64,000 bases of DNA from Diplonema japonicum (Eukaryota > Protista > Euglenozoa: Diplonemea): assembly GCA_964019335.1 (NCBI GenBank), contig OZ025702.1:1-64000 (forward strand), given 5' to 3'. A model generated the notes under the pieces. The model did no database searches. It saw only the letters and a list, made by a program, of their open reading frames with translations, and was not told where the DNA came from. A program made the translations under genes and the position numbers. The number at the start of each line of letters is the position of its first letter. The first letter of the stretch is position 1. Of this stretch, positions 30,958 to 41,855 are shown in pieces.

Positions 30958-32898
30958 ATGTCCGGTTTGATCGACATAGATGGCCCTTCGCCTTGGAGGA
31001 TGCCGCTGTCCATGCTGAGCACCGACGAGCGGTCTATGCTGTACGGGACACGAGAACAGGTGAAGAGGTCAACTAAGATGAGGGAACGCTCAGACTTCAA
31101 GGGCATGGGGTACTGGGAGTTGTTGCTGTCAGTGAAGGGTTCTGTTCTAGAATTCACATTTTCATGGGCGGTGTTCAGCGGGTTGTGGGCAGGGCTTATT
31201 ATCTTGTGGCACGAGTACCAGAAGCCGATGGAGATGTCATCATGGCCTGTCAAAACGCATGAACTTGGTGCAGTTTTTATCTCCTTTGTGCTAGTGTTGT
31301 TCAGTGTTCAAGCTTTCGCTCGGTACGACACAGGACGTTCTTCCTTGGCCACGCTTGAGGCAGCGCTGGAGGATATGTCTGTCTCTCTCTGTGCCTATTC
31401 ATCACATGGACAAGCAGATGAAGAAGAGAGCATTCGAATCCTACCGTCGCTGCTTGCATCGATACGACACTCAGTGTGCTGCAAAGACATCGCTGAGAAC
31501 GGAGACCTGGCTGCCATCGAGCCCTTCCTCATCGACGAGGTCGCGAAGCATCTTTACGCGGAAGAGGTGCTGTGGGTCACAGGTGCCACAGATACCATAC
31601 CACCGCCGCGTTTTGTGATAAAAACACCGTTCAATGCGCATGAGTGGGACGACCCCTGTTTGCAGCAGGAGAGCGAGTCGAGCAGCACAGCTAGTTGGTT
31701 AGACGATCCGGAGTCCGACGCACGGCAGATATACTTATCCGGCGGTGCTGTCATGGAGCTAATCGAACATAAGGGCAACCTGCATCGACGGAAAGGACAA
31801 GACACTCTGTCTCTTGGCTATGTGAGAGGCTTTCCGAACACGCTGTACGTCCAGGACCAAAGTGGTGAGCGGCTCAGACTCCGCAATGCAGAGCAGATAC
31901 TTGCACTGAGCGTTATCCTTGCGGAGCACCATGTGCCGCACACCCTACCCTTGCCAGAGTCTTCGTGGCCTCTGCCCGCGTCCGGCGACCATGTGGTGCT
32001 AAAGGACCTCATCGACAAGCCTTCTTACAACAATAAAAGGGCCATCGTCACGAGGTTGGACTCACACATCACTGGCTACTGCTTTATTGTACTGCATGAA
32101 TCGAAAACCAACTGTCAAATACGAGTTCATGCAAGGAGCCTGTGGTGGCCCGAGCGCCAAGCGCCATGTATGTTTTGTATGCTGACGATAGCAGCAGGAG
32201 TGATGTGCTCAGTGTCGGCATCTTCTGAAGCCGACTGCAGCCCTGAGGGGTCGTACTACAGCTACAGTGATATCAGCCCGAAGCATAACGACGCGCCTTG
32301 GGAGTCAGTGTCGGCTATCGAGAGATCTCTTTATTATATGTCATGCGAAAGAATGCCTATGCCACTCCTTGTGAGCACTAAAACGAAACGAGAGGTTCCG
32401 AAAGAAATCACGCTGGAGCTGAACAAGGTTCCATTCAGACTCGCGTTCTTGCTGCAGCGAGAGCTGGTGGACGCAACGGGGGGAGAGTCGTGCAAAGGCA
32501 TTGACAAGGCCATCAAAGCGTGGCAGCAGATGCAAACCATTGTGGACCAGAAGTTTCCCCTTCCTTTGTACCACATTGCCGCTTTTATGTGTTTTGTGTG
32601 GATTGTGACAGTGCCCTTATACCTACTACGGGCTTTCAGTGGCAAGCAAGTGTGGCTCATTCCGCTCAGCACCATGTTTTTTGCAGTTTTATTCTTCGGA
32701 CTTTTCACACTAGCCGCAGAGCTAACAAACCCCTTTGGTTTCGACCCCAACGATTTGGACCTCTCTGCCAACGAGCACCGCATCTTGGAGTCTATGGCAG
32801 GGCTATTCCCAAACCGGTCTTTTACAAGACAGGAAGAGAGGAAGCTGCAGACACAGAGGAGGGTGCTGGACAATGTGGAACCAAATGTTCCTTTCTGA
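30958..32898 (+). CDS. Bestrophin-like (YneE/VCCN-type) anion channel with large cytoplasmic insert
   Basis: N-terminal TM pair followed by AFARYDTGR; C-terminal FPLPL...TM pair...ELTNPFGFDPNDLDL. Confidence 0.8.
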   Translation: MSGLIDIDGPSPWRMPLSMLSTDERSMLYGTREQVKRSTKMRERSDFKGMGYWELLLSVKGSVLEFTFSWAVFSGLWAGLIILWHEYQKPMEMSSWPVKTHELGAVFISFVLVLFSVQAFARYDTGRSSLATLEAALEDMSVSLCAYSSHGQADEEESIRILPSLLASIRHSVCCKDIAENGDLAAIEPFLIDEVAKHLYAEEVLWVTGATDTIPPPRFVIKTPFNAHEWDDPCLQQESESSSTASWLDDPESDARQIYLSGGAVMELIEHKGNLHRRKGQDTLSLGYVRGFPNTLYVQDQSGERLRLRNAEQILALSVILAEHHVPHTLPLPESSWPLPASGDHVVLKDLIDKPSYNNKRAIVTRLDSHITGYCFIVLHESKTNCQIRVHARSLWWPERQAPCMFCMLTIAAGVMCSVSASSEADCSPEGSYYSYSDISPKHNDAPWESVSAIERSLYYMSCERMPMPLLVSTKTKREVPKEITLELNKVPFRLAFLLQRELVDATGGESCKGIDKAIKAWQQMQTIVDQKFPLPLYHIAAFMCFVWIVTVPLYLLRAFSGKQVWLIPLSTMFFAVLFFGLFTLAAELTNPFGFDPNDLDLSANEHRILESMAGLFPNRSFTRQEERKLQTQRRVLDNVEPNVPF

Positions 32899-33079
32899 AT
32901 GACATGTATATTTAGCATTGCTTTGTCTATGCAATACTCAAACACTTCTTACTACTCAGCTTGCTTCAAAAAGAACTGAACGAGGAGAAGAAAAAAAGAA
33001 TATAGTTTTGAGTTCTGTGTTTCTCGTTTATTTTTTCTTTTTCCGCCTGTATTTCTTTTGTAATTTACACAGGTTGGTC

Positions 33080-33565
33080 ATGATGACCTTCTATAGCAAG
33101 CTGATGCGACACACAGCGCCCCCAATGGTGTTGCTGTGGAGTATCTTCATCTACTGGAGCATTGTCATGGTATCGCATCAAGCTTGGGATGACGAGAGTG
33201 CACTGCTGAAGAGCCTTGGTGTCGCCTGCATTGTTGGTATCGTGCTGAACATGAACGGGTTTTCCTCGTCGCCCTGTAGCACCTTTTCAGAATACCTCAC
33301 CGCAGGCCCCTTCAGCGTCCTAAGGTTCTTCCTCATACCGTTCTGTGTATCCTCCTACTCCGCCATTGCGAATACCAAAAAGGACCAATACACTTACATT
33401 TTCCCAAGTGACGGTCCCAAACCCCTCACCTACTCCGGCATAGCTCTGCTTGCCGTTCTAACGTACATCACTCTTTCTTCCCTTGTAAGGTGGTACTGCA
33501 CACACCACTATTGCGTTGAAATCTTAGTCAACGCCTACGACACAGACACGGACTGTGAGGTGTAG
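33080..33565 (+). CDS. Small multi-pass (about 4 TM) membrane protein
   Basis: Hydrophobic segments and the motif LRFFLIPFCVSSYS; ACAG acceptor upstream. The ORF-track extension from 32918 runs through intergenic low-complexity DNA. Confidence 0.75.
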   Translation: MMTFYSKLMRHTAPPMVLLWSIFIYWSIVMVSHQAWDDESALLKSLGVACIVGIVLNMNGFSSSPCSTFSEYLTAGPFSVLRFFLIPFCVSSYSAIANTKKDQYTYIFPSDGPKPLTYSGIALLAVLTYITLSSLVRWYCTHHYCVEILVNAYDTDTDCEV

Positions 33566-33839
33566 AAGGCAGCATGTGATCTGATTCTCCACACTTTGCG
33601 ACGCCACAGCAGTCCGTATCGATGTCAGTCAGGTCCTTGTTGCCACCTATTCCACATTACCCTTTCGGGGAAAAAGGAAAACCATTTCTCTTTCCCGTGT
33701 CCTCGCACGAAATATGCCCCCCTGTTCTTTTTCTACAACAGTGAGCACCCCTGCACACTGAAAATCGAATTTTCTTTCTCCCTCTCTATTTTGCCATTTA
33801 AGAAATGTCCCAGCGTTTCAGTCACCCAGCAGGAGCAAG

Positions 33840-34790
33840 ATGCCGTGTCTGGACTTCGAGGAAGTCTACGACGCACCGTATGCAGTGGTGGCAGGGATGG
33901 TGCTGGATGGCAAGCTGTTCGAGCAGTTCCACAATACGGTGCAGAAGCACAAGGACGCCGTTGGCAGTGAACTGGTGGAGGCCGACGACGGCGTATATCG
34001 ACGGACCATGACCTACACAATACCAGAGCATGGCGTCCTGAAGCTCCTCAAGCAAGGCGACACCTTCGTTACGCAAAAAGACGAGGCAAATAAACTGCAG
34101 GAGCGCACCGAGTACAGCACCAAGTCGACAAGCGACGGCGGCGAGCTGGCAAAATCCGTCTGTATCGATTCAAATTGGGAGGTCACGCCGGTCGATGCGA
34201 ACAGGAGCCGTGTCAAGCTGCAGGTGTTGTACTCCTTCAATGCGAGTATGCTCGTGAGGTCGCTGGTGGAGAAAGGGCTGAAAGGAGAGATCACAAACAG
34301 GCACAAGCGCCTGTTGGACTTCTACGCACGCTGTATAGAGGAGCAAAGCAATACGGAACGCAGGAAGAAAAGAGCCACCGTCACCTTCGAAACCGACAAT
34401 GGCTCCTTCCAGTTCCACACGCCCTTACAACAGAGCATGGCAGCGCCACCTAGTGACATGCCCAAGATCGCACTTGGCGCACCGATATCACCGCGTGACA
34501 GCAGCCGCGTGCCCCCAGCGCTTGCCACTTCGATGTGCTCTATATACGACATCGAGCAAGCAGGCAGCAGGGCGTCATGGGGAGGGATGACCTTCATGAC
34601 CGCAGAGGGTGGCACACCGAGCACCTCGCCTTTAGATTCACCTCTTGAAAAAGACAAGAAAAAGAAGAAGGTGAACATACTGCGGCCAATAAAACCCCTC
34701 TCTGAAGCGAGCCCTCTGGTAAAGAAAAAGGAAAAGCCTAAGAAACGGGGATGGACATTCAGATGTTGCTGCGTTTATGTCGAGGAATGA
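33840..34790 (+). CDS. VASt/START-like lipid-transfer domain protein with basic/Cys C-terminus
   Basis: RRTMTY...CIDSNWEVTP...RVKLQVLYSF...LVRSLVEKG helix-grip pattern; ends KKRGWTFRCCCVYVEE. Confidence 0.65.
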   Translation: MPCLDFEEVYDAPYAVVAGMVLDGKLFEQFHNTVQKHKDAVGSELVEADDGVYRRTMTYTIPEHGVLKLLKQGDTFVTQKDEANKLQERTEYSTKSTSDGGELAKSVCIDSNWEVTPVDANRSRVKLQVLYSFNASMLVRSLVEKGLKGEITNRHKRLLDFYARCIEEQSNTERRKKRATVTFETDNGSFQFHTPLQQSMAAPPSDMPKIALGAPISPRDSSRVPPALATSMCSIYDIEQAGSRASWGGMTFMTAEGGTPSTSPLDSPLEKDKKKKKVNILRPIKPLSEASPLVKKKEKPKKRGWTFRCCCVYVEE

Positions 34791-35215
34791 CCCCTTCTAT
34801 GGCTTCCCCTGTGCGCAATACCTAACCTCCTGGCTCCGGCCCTTTTTTTTTTGCTTTTTTTTGTTTTTGTTTTTTTACGTTATGTACTGCTGTTGGTGTT
34901 AACGGGCGGGTCCCATCGACTACGTGTCCTCGTGTTCTATGTCGTTGGAAAAAAAATAAATAGTCGAAAGCAAACGTAACATCGCATGCACCTGATAGTT
35001 ACCTATCTATGACAAAGGCACCCTTAAGACGGAAAATAAACAGAAAAGGTCAAGAGTACCGACGTAAGTTCTTCATTGCTTCTTTCCCTTTCTTACTCTT
35101 CTATTGGTCTTCCCCCCCCCCCCCCCCCCACGTTAAAAGATTAGCAAAAAGAAACAGCAGAGTAAACGAAGGACGGGGTTGTGTCTCGAGTGTGAGGCGG
35201 GGGCAGGGGGGCACA

Positions 35216-35893
35216 ATGTCGACGAAGAAAGCCCAGACCCCTGACAACATGCAAGAAACGGCAGGGACTGTGAAGAGCCAGGACAGTGCTAAGTCCTACA
35301 TCCGACCTCATCAAGGGCTTCCTTTGAGGAAAGCCGGGGGCGTCATGCAAGTCAACTTGGAGAACATAGGGGGGAGGATCCTTGTGCTGGCAGAGAGGAA
35401 CACACATAAAAACCGCATGAGGACGATCAAACCAGTGGTGAATGTGAAACCGCCATGGGGACATGACGAGAGGAAGAAGAGAGGTAACAAAATGGCGAAA
35501 ATAAACATGCGGAGGTCGCCAATGCAGCAGCCTGCGGCAAACATGCGGCAGCCGATTAAGAGCTTTGACATTACAACGCTTTCTAAAGAGGACGAGGCGC
35601 TGCTCGCCGACTTCATAGGGATGCTTGAGAAACTCCCGCTAGATGAGGGCAGAGCTCTTGTCGAATTCTCTATCAAAGAAGCCGAAGACAAGCAGCTCCT
35701 GAAGGGCTACTCAGGAGTCTTCCCTGAACTCTCTGAATCCGAAAGCGGCCAAGCCCAAGAAGTTCCGGACCCGGCGGTCGGGCCCGCATCTCCTTCCGAA
35801 AATGACAGGCCGCTGGACTGCCTCAGCGACGACGCAAAAGGCTACGAGTCCGTGGGTTCCCATGCATCCTCTACAACAGGCTCCTCCTTCTAA
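35216..35893 (+). CDS. Hypothetical protein, weak CFAP97/KIAA1430-like motif
   Basis: Open frame; HKNRMRTIKPVVNVKPP resembles the H..R....KP.VD..PP motif. The start codon is uncertain. Confidence 0.6.
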   Translation: MSTKKAQTPDNMQETAGTVKSQDSAKSYIRPHQGLPLRKAGGVMQVNLENIGGRILVLAERNTHKNRMRTIKPVVNVKPPWGHDERKKRGNKMAKINMRRSPMQQPAANMRQPIKSFDITTLSKEDEALLADFIGMLEKLPLDEGRALVEFSIKEAEDKQLLKGYSGVFPELSESESGQAQEVPDPAVGPASPSENDRPLDCLSDDAKGYESVGSHASSTTGSSF

Positions 35894-35976
35894 TCTATAG
35901 GTAGGGATACCTTTTCTTTCTTTTGCGTAATACAGTAATTTATGTTACTTGTACATTTTTTGTTTTCTCTTATTAT

Positions 35977-36010
<34 letters not shown>

Positions 36011-36085
36011 TATTATTATTGTTTTCTGTTTTTGTGTCGTTTTCTTTTTGTTTTTCGCTGAATTTCACACGTCACTGTCAGAGTC

Positions 36086-37243
36086 ATGCTGCGCGCAGTA
36101 ATCTTCTTGGCAACAGCCTACATGGTGCATTGCTGCACCACCGACGCTGACTGCTCCCTCAACGGTGTTTGTAGCAGCGGGCAGTGTGACTGTGATCCAG
36201 CATGGGGCGGTGCTGACTGCGGTGTGCTGCAGCTGCTGCCGACGCCAAAGGCCAACGGGATGCATGTGAAATCGTCGACATGGGGCGGGAGCATCCACAA
36301 GGACCCTGTGAGCGGCAAATGGTACATGTTTGCTAGCGAATTCATCAACAACTGTGGGCTGCAAAACTGGAGTCCCAACAGCAGGGTGATCAGAACGGTG
36401 TCTACGACAGACAGCCCCCTCGGGCCGTACACTTTCGACACTGTTATTCTCCCCACTTTCCACCATAACCCGATGGTGCGCCGCACTAGCAACGGCTCCT
36501 ACGTGATGTTCGTGATTGGCAGAGATTGCAACCAAACCGTGAACTGCAACCACGGCCCCCAGCCCTCGTCATCATCGTCGCCCTGTCCTGTCCCCGGTGA
36601 TACAGCACCCGGCAACATGGAGTCGGGCATCTCTGCGTACTTCGCTCAGTCCCTCACGTCGCAGTGGGCGTCGCTTGGTGAGGTCCTCGGCAGCAACGTG
36701 AAGAGTAACTGGGATGCTGACACCACAAACCCAGGACCCTACGTGCATGCCAACGGGTCTGTGCTGCTCATGTACAGAGGCTGTGGGGATGACTGCACCG
36801 GCGGAGAGCAGATTGGTTTGGCCACAGCGCCGACCTTCACTTCATCTGTGTACACTAGGCTCAACAAGGCACAGTCCTTGTGCAAGACGTGCCTCAACGA
36901 AGATCCGTTTGTGTACCAAGACAAACGAGGGAACTACCACTCCCTTATGCACAACTTGGGGAACAACGGCGGCTTTGCTTGCTACGAAATAAACGGTGCC
37001 TACCACGGGTGCGACGTGGGCACACACGCCTTTTCCCCCGATGGCATCAGTTGGACTTTTTCAAAGACAATCCCTTACAATACTACCGTGAACTGGGACG
37101 ACGGCACTTCTGTTGTCCTCAACCGCAGAGAGCGCCCTCAGCTTGTTGTTGAGAACGGTGTTCCCCTTTACCTCTCAAACGGTATTGAGTTTCACAACGA
37201 TGGTGGCAGCTCCCATACTCTCGTGGTCCCAATCAAACACTAA
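36086..37243 (+). CDS. Secreted EGF-like + five-bladed beta-propeller glycoside hydrolase (GH43-like clan)
   Basis: Signal peptide; CSLNGVC...CDCDPAWGGADC; STWGGS, GPY, HNP, EDPFVY and RRERPQL. Confidence 0.82.
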   Translation: MLRAVIFLATAYMVHCCTTDADCSLNGVCSSGQCDCDPAWGGADCGVLQLLPTPKANGMHVKSSTWGGSIHKDPVSGKWYMFASEFINNCGLQNWSPNSRVIRTVSTTDSPLGPYTFDTVILPTFHHNPMVRRTSNGSYVMFVIGRDCNQTVNCNHGPQPSSSSSPCPVPGDTAPGNMESGISAYFAQSLTSQWASLGEVLGSNVKSNWDADTTNPGPYVHANGSVLLMYRGCGDDCTGGEQIGLATAPTFTSSVYTRLNKAQSLCKTCLNEDPFVYQDKRGNYHSLMHNLGNNGGFACYEINGAYHGCDVGTHAFSPDGISWTFSKTIPYNTTVNWDDGTSVVLNRRERPQLVVENGVPLYLSNGIEFHNDGGSSHTLVVPIKH

Positions 37244-37569
37244 ACCATCGCCCCGACCGCCGGCTGCGTACCACCCAACGTTTAAGGAAATATAGTGAAT
37301 GAGATGTTCCCGCCCATCCGCGTACCATCATGCGACCCACCTAACGTTTAATAAAATCAAGTGAGTGAGATATTTCTTTATTAACCATCGTGTGATACTC
37401 CAAGAAGTAGGGCTGTGCATTCTACTCTATTTTTTTCTAGGCAACATCCGCTGGAGCGGAAAGGAGTTGCTCGTACGCCAGGCGGTTTATGAAGCAAGCC
37501 AAATAAATTCGCCTTTTTTTCCCTTCTCTTTTTAAATTAACTGTAGCTATATAACTAGCCAGGTCTAAG

Positions 37570-40500
37570 ATGGTGCCCACGTTCGATAATGAAAAAATCG
37601 ATGACATGCGTTTGATGAACGTAATCAAAACGCTTGAGGGCTCTGACTCGGACATCGACCTGAACCACTGCTGCGATCCCCTCGAGAACACGCTGAAGAG
37701 TGCGAGAGAGGAAAACGTGAGGAAGAGGGTGTGGGTGTGTAGGGGGGCTGTCGGATGTGTTATCCTTCTGATAGGCGCTGTCATCGCTGTGTCTGTGTTG
37801 CTGACACGCGAAGACAGTGACGGAGAGTTGGTGGTGGTGAAGAGCACGTATGACGCGCGCCAGTTCAAGGTCGGCACCATGGCGAACGGCATTAGGTACG
37901 TGCTCGTCTCCGACGAGAAGGCATCTGTTGCAGCTGCTGCTGTCGATGTCGGGGTAGGCCACTTCTCAGACCCCAAAGAGTGGCCTGGGCTGGCCCACTT
38001 CGGCGAACACATGCTCTTCATGGGCAGTAAGAGATATCCAGGCGAGGCAAAATTTTCCGACACACTCCAAAAGTACTCAGGTTACTACAACGCATACACA
38101 GCACGCGAGACTACTAATTACTACTACGAGTTGCAGGCTGCAGGCCTAGCTGAGTCCCTTGATGTTTTTGGCGGTTTCTTTGAATCGCCTCTCTTTATGG
38201 AGTCCACCGTGGACAGAGAGGTGAAGGCTGTCGACAATGAGCACAGCAAAAACCTGAACAGCGACGAGTGGCGCATCATGCAGCTCACGCAGTACACCTC
38301 GTCACCCGTCACGCCTCTTAACTCCTTCGGGACGGGCAGCGTTGAGACACTGAATAAAACTGGCATCCGCGATGCGCTTGTAAACTTCTTCGAAGCATAC
38401 TACACAACAAACCGTCTTACGGTGGCAATCCTGTCGAACCACCCTATGGCCACGCTTGAGGAGCTCCTTGAGAAGAGCTTTGGGGGCATCAAAAAGACAG
38501 AAACGCCGCCGCAACCATGGAAGGCCAACCCCACAGGCTACCCGCAGCCATACCCGACTGGCGATGAGCCGATGCGCGACAGGGTAACAGGTAGGTACAC
38601 GGGCAAGATCTTGCATGTTGTGCCCAGCAACAGCGGTCTAAGGCAACTGTTGATCAGGTGGCCCGTCCAGATGTCTGTCGTCGGCAAGTTCCCGGAAGAT
38701 GGTGTTTCTGTTTTGAAGGAGCTGCTTATGGATAAGTCTGAGGGCAGGTTGCTTCACACACTGCTTGACTCAGGCTTAGCAACAGCCCTGAATGCAGGAC
38801 TCGACGACACCCATTCGTGGTTCACCATTATCTTCTGTTCTGTAACATTGACTTCAGCAGGTGAGGCACGTGTCGATGATGTGATTTCTCTCATCTATTC
38901 ATATGTGAAGCTCATGAAGGACAACGATGGGCTCTTCCAACAATGGTTCGCGGAGCGCAGGGACCTGGCCCACTTGACATGGTCCTTCACTGTCAGCAGT
39001 CCTGACGCTTCGTCGTTCGCCTCTGACATTGCTAGTGTGATACAGAAGACTCCTCTTGAATCCGTGCTGCTCCCTCCGTCGCTCTCACGCTACGACGCAG
39101 CCACCTCAGGGAGATTCTTTGACGCTATGACGCCCCAGAACTCCATGACTCACATCGTCACTGCCGCAGCAGCCAGCAAGGCCACACTGAAGGAGCCGGT
39201 GTATAAGACTCAGTACAGCTACGATGACATCTCCAACGCTTCTTATAGCAAGTGGGCAATTCCGATCCCAGAAGCTAGCCGCCTGAGTTTCGCCGGCAGC
39301 AGCAATGTGTATGGTGTGACGGTTGACGAGGCACAAGCAGGGCACACAGCACCAGCTGACAATGTCCTCTCCGCCACCCCAAACAAGTACGCACACAGCA
39401 CAATAGACGCTTACTACAAAGGCACTGTGACTAAGGTGCCCTTAGCCGCCTTCATCTTCCGCATGTACCGCAGCACAGACTTACAACTTGTGAATGGAAC
39501 TGTGTCCCCTCTGGAGAAACTTGCATTTGTGTTTGCAGGCAGCTGCATCACCTTGGCTCTGGAAGATGTTGCATACAAAGCAAAGCTTGCATCGCTCTCG
39601 TACGACCTGCAGTACGCAGAGGACTACATCGACATCACCATCTCAGGCGTCTCGCCCAAGCAGCACGAGTTATTCAAGGCAGTGCTCTCAGCATTAAAAA
39701 ACCCCCTCGGCCCACTTCCCGATGAGCGCCTGCAACTGGTAAAGGCAACTTATCAAGAGACGGAAACAGAGTTGGCTTACATGCATGCTTATTACATCAG
39801 CTTGCAAGAACTCATAGCGACAGATGTGCCGAAGGAGGTGTTGCTGCGCGAGCTGCCTGGCATCACTGTGGATCACGTCACCGCGGCACTTCAGGAGTAC
39901 AAAAACACTGGATGCCAGATGCTTGTTCAAGGGAACTTCAAAGACCCGGAAGCTCATATCAAACAACTGGCCAGCGTATTGGACGCAGACATATGTGTGC
40001 AAGCACCTGTTCTTAAGAGTGAGGAGAGGTACATGCATAGACTGCAGAAGGGGTGGGCGGTGATTCAAATCCCAAACCCTGACTCTACAAGTGTCAACGA
40101 TGCGGTGATGGCAAATTACCAGCTGGGTGTGCATGGCGTGGAGAGCGAAGGCCGGGCCTTGTTGTTAGAACAGCTTGTTGGGGAAGACTTCAGCGATCAG
40201 ATCCGTACGAAGGAGGCTTTGGGGTACGTGGCATTCGCGTTTTGTAGAAAGAGGAAGAACGTGTGGTTGCTGCTGTGCACGGTGCAGTCGAACGACCATA
40301 CTGGAGCGTACCTGGACGGGCGTGTAGAGGACTTCCTGGCAGGGTACGCGAAGACACTGGCTGCGATGAGCGAACAGAGCTTCAATGAGATACGGGACAC
40401 TGTTGCGAAACAGATGCAAGTTACCCCGCAGTCCATTGATAAGGAAATGGCAGCAGTGTGGCCTCACGTCGCTAATGGAGGGCATGTGTGGGATTACAAG

Positions 40501-40795
40501 AAAAAGGTTTCCGACTTCGTGACTTCCATCACCAAGTCAGCCATGCTGTCTTGGTATGAGGAAAAGATCGTTTCTGCGAACAGGGCAAAACTGTCTGTTG
40601 AGGTATACAGAAAATATTTTTAAAAAAAAAAATCCCCCTACAAAAAAAAAAAAAAAAAAAAAAAAAAAACAGCTTTTTACGTCTGCGGCGCCCTACCCCC
40701 CTCTAGACCCCGCCACCTATGCCTCATCTATTGCTGCACCCCTACCAGAATATTTGAAGCGCAATGACCTGAAGGATCAATTCGATGGGTTTTGA
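37570..40795 (+). CDS. M16A insulinase/pitrilysin-like zinc peptidase with N-terminal membrane anchor, ~1051 aa; exons 37570-40602, 40673-40795
   Basis: GLAHFGEHMLFMGS (HxxEH), NAYT, REVKAVDNEH and QIRTKEALGY; TM at ~aa 55-78. A 70-nt poly-A-rich GT-AG intron (40603-40672) adds an in-frame terminal exon. Confidence 0.92.
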
Positions 40796-40861
40796 GGGGA
40801 CCTTGTTTTTTTTTTTTTGTTCCATAGGGCGGCCTTCTAGCTGGGGGCTTGTCCTGTACTT

Positions 40862-40898
<37 letters not shown>

Positions 40899-41855
40899 GT
40901 AACCTCTGAGCACACCAGCAAACCTCCAGGGGAGTCCAATTTTTGCAATTCTTTATTTGTTGATTCCTTGCGGAAACGGAACGGCATGCACACCATATGC
41001 ACCTAGTGACGCTGTGTCTCACTTCACTTCACTTGTGGTTTTTCTTCTCTTTCTTTTTTGCTTAGTTTCATTATGAACCTGTACTGGTGTCTTTCCTTCC
41101 ATTCACTTCCCATCTTTTCCCTTTTCTCGTACGTACAACAAATGGAGAACCGAGCTAGTTTTTTTCTCTTTTTTTTCCCCCTTTTTTTTCGCTCCCATAG
41201 TTCCAATGATATGAACCTGTTCTGGGCCATTTCCCCCCCCCCCCTCCCTCCCTGTCACTTCTTCTCCCAATTTTTTAAAAATTCTTTGTTGTATAGGTAT
41301 ACCGCGAGAAAAGAGAAAAGAAAAAAAAAAAAAGAAAAAGAACAAATCAGTAACTGTGTTGGTTGCACGTAAGCCACGGCACCGAAATAGGGCCCCGAAT
41401 TAGTTTTTATATTTTGCCCGTTTCGTAATGTGTAAGCCCTCCTCATCAGATACTCGAGCACTCCCTTCTGTAGACCTTGATTACTTGTTATGTGTAGATA
41501 ACCTGCATCAAGGCATGTTGAGGACCTTGATTCCCCCCCTCCCCCCTGCTCTTATTCCTTTTACGCAGATTCTTTTTTTTTTGATAGCGATTTCAAGCGC
41601 GGTCTGCCCGTCTCTGCAACCTGGCCTGGTGTTGGCTGAACTTATCAAAAGAAGAAGAAGAAAAAAAAAAGAACAGAATGTGAACTCATAACAAACTGTC
41701 AACGCTGCCTTCACTTTTTTGTTTTAACACAACTTCAAATGCAGCCCGGGTTTTTTCCTCTTTTTTCTTCCCTTTTTTCTTTCTTTCTTGCACCGCTTAG
41801 CTAGTTTTTTTATTTCGATTTTGAAACAAAGAGGTAATCCCATCAGGTAGTGGGG

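Noticed and set aside
32168-32212. Possible extra in-frame intron in the bestrophin gene (two GTATG donors)
   Set aside because: The most typical acceptor (32197) would create a TGA, and the other combinations are ambiguous. Unresolved without RNA data.
40621-41350. Poly-A/poly-T runs as retroposon tails
   Set aside because: No TSDs or element bodies. The first run is intronic and such tracts occur in nearly all spacers.
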